DNA of 63,637 nt, filler included, from Octopus bimaculoides (taxonomy: Eukaryota): the NCBI RefSeq assembly GCF_001194135.2. It is 9 parts of 7 records of this genome, joined end to end, with 100 filler letters (N's around TTAATTAATTAA, not from the genome) between each part and the next. Parts side by side here need not be neighbours in the genome. Positions count along the whole stretch, not along the records: positions 61,412 to 63,637 come from NC_068984.1; 8 more parts are not named here. One strand, given 5' to 3'. This document shows, one piece after another, positions 63,293-63,637 of this stretch. The position numbers were made by a program, and so were the translations under genes. Each line of letters begins with the position of its first letter. Positions within the stretch are counted from its first letter, which is position 1. The notes beneath the pieces are model-generated. The model was not told the origin of the DNA and did not search any database. It worked only from the letters and a program-made list of their open reading frames with translations.

Positions 63293-63564
63293 CGAAAGAG
63301 AGAGAGAGAGTGGGAGAAGGAGAGTAGGAGAGAGAGTGTGAGAGAGAATGACACAGAGTGGGAGAGAGAGAGAAAGAGAGAGGAAAAGTGTACCCCCTAT
63401 ATACTATCATATGAGGTTGTGCATGTATGTATGTGAGGGGTGTTGTGTGTGCTTGTGTGTATGTGTGTGTATGTGTGTGTATGTGTGTGTGTGTTTGTGT
63501 GTATGTGTGTGTGTGTCTAAGTGCGTATGTCTGTATATTCTTTATCACTCTGTTCATGCGGTTG

Positions 63565-63637
<73 letters not shown>

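Larger units (their letters stand above)
14437..63637. repeat. Numerous microsatellites: (AG)n, (TA)n, (CA/TG)n, (ATT)n, (CAT)n, (CTA)n, (AAG)n, (CTAT)n, (GTCT)n, (TACA)n, (GTG)n
   Basis: Examples: 14437-14540, 16744-16780, 22862-23117, 28711-28760, 30375-30545, 33139-33200, 35480-35531, 50279-50327, 50680-50820, 63137-63215. Most N gaps are bordered by such repeats. Confidence 0.95.

Overview
AT-rich, repeat-saturated animal DNA from a gappy scaffold. The SINE families and microsatellite load point to an octopus/cephalopod genome (inference). Most ORFs in the supplied track are microsatellite, N-gap or transposon read-through, so genes were sought as spliced exons instead. Recognisable genes: (1) the first two coding exons of an ANKRD26/POTE-family ankyrin gene on the minus strand (8058-7811 and 4420-4306), with an RFX X-box about 360 bp upstream; (2) one HEMK1/PrmC-like exon on the minus strand (12211-12006) whose other exons are not visible. 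Two unidentified spliced genes are supported by splice signals and phase-compatible open frames: a plus-strand gene (27441-31074, including a 19-nt microexon, with possible upstream exons at 22.5 and 23.9 kb) and a convergent minus-strand gene (51696-51574 joined to a terminal exon 34748-34523). Mobile DNA includes decayed RTE, CR1-like, L1/Tx1 and R4/Dong-like LINEs, mariner/Tc1 and hAT relics, piggyBac-type MITEs, several SINE families, two solo LTRs of one family, small GG...CC elements carrying TTAGGG/CCCTAA repeats (Merlin-like by termini and TSD), and Penelope-type hammerhead ribozyme relics. Eight N44-TTAATTAATTAA-N44 blocks are artificial assembly spacers, so synteny across them is uncertain. 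I see no clear new multi-gene system. The best leads are the two unidentified genes, the telomere-repeat MITEs, the hammerhead relics and the LTR terminal hairpin.
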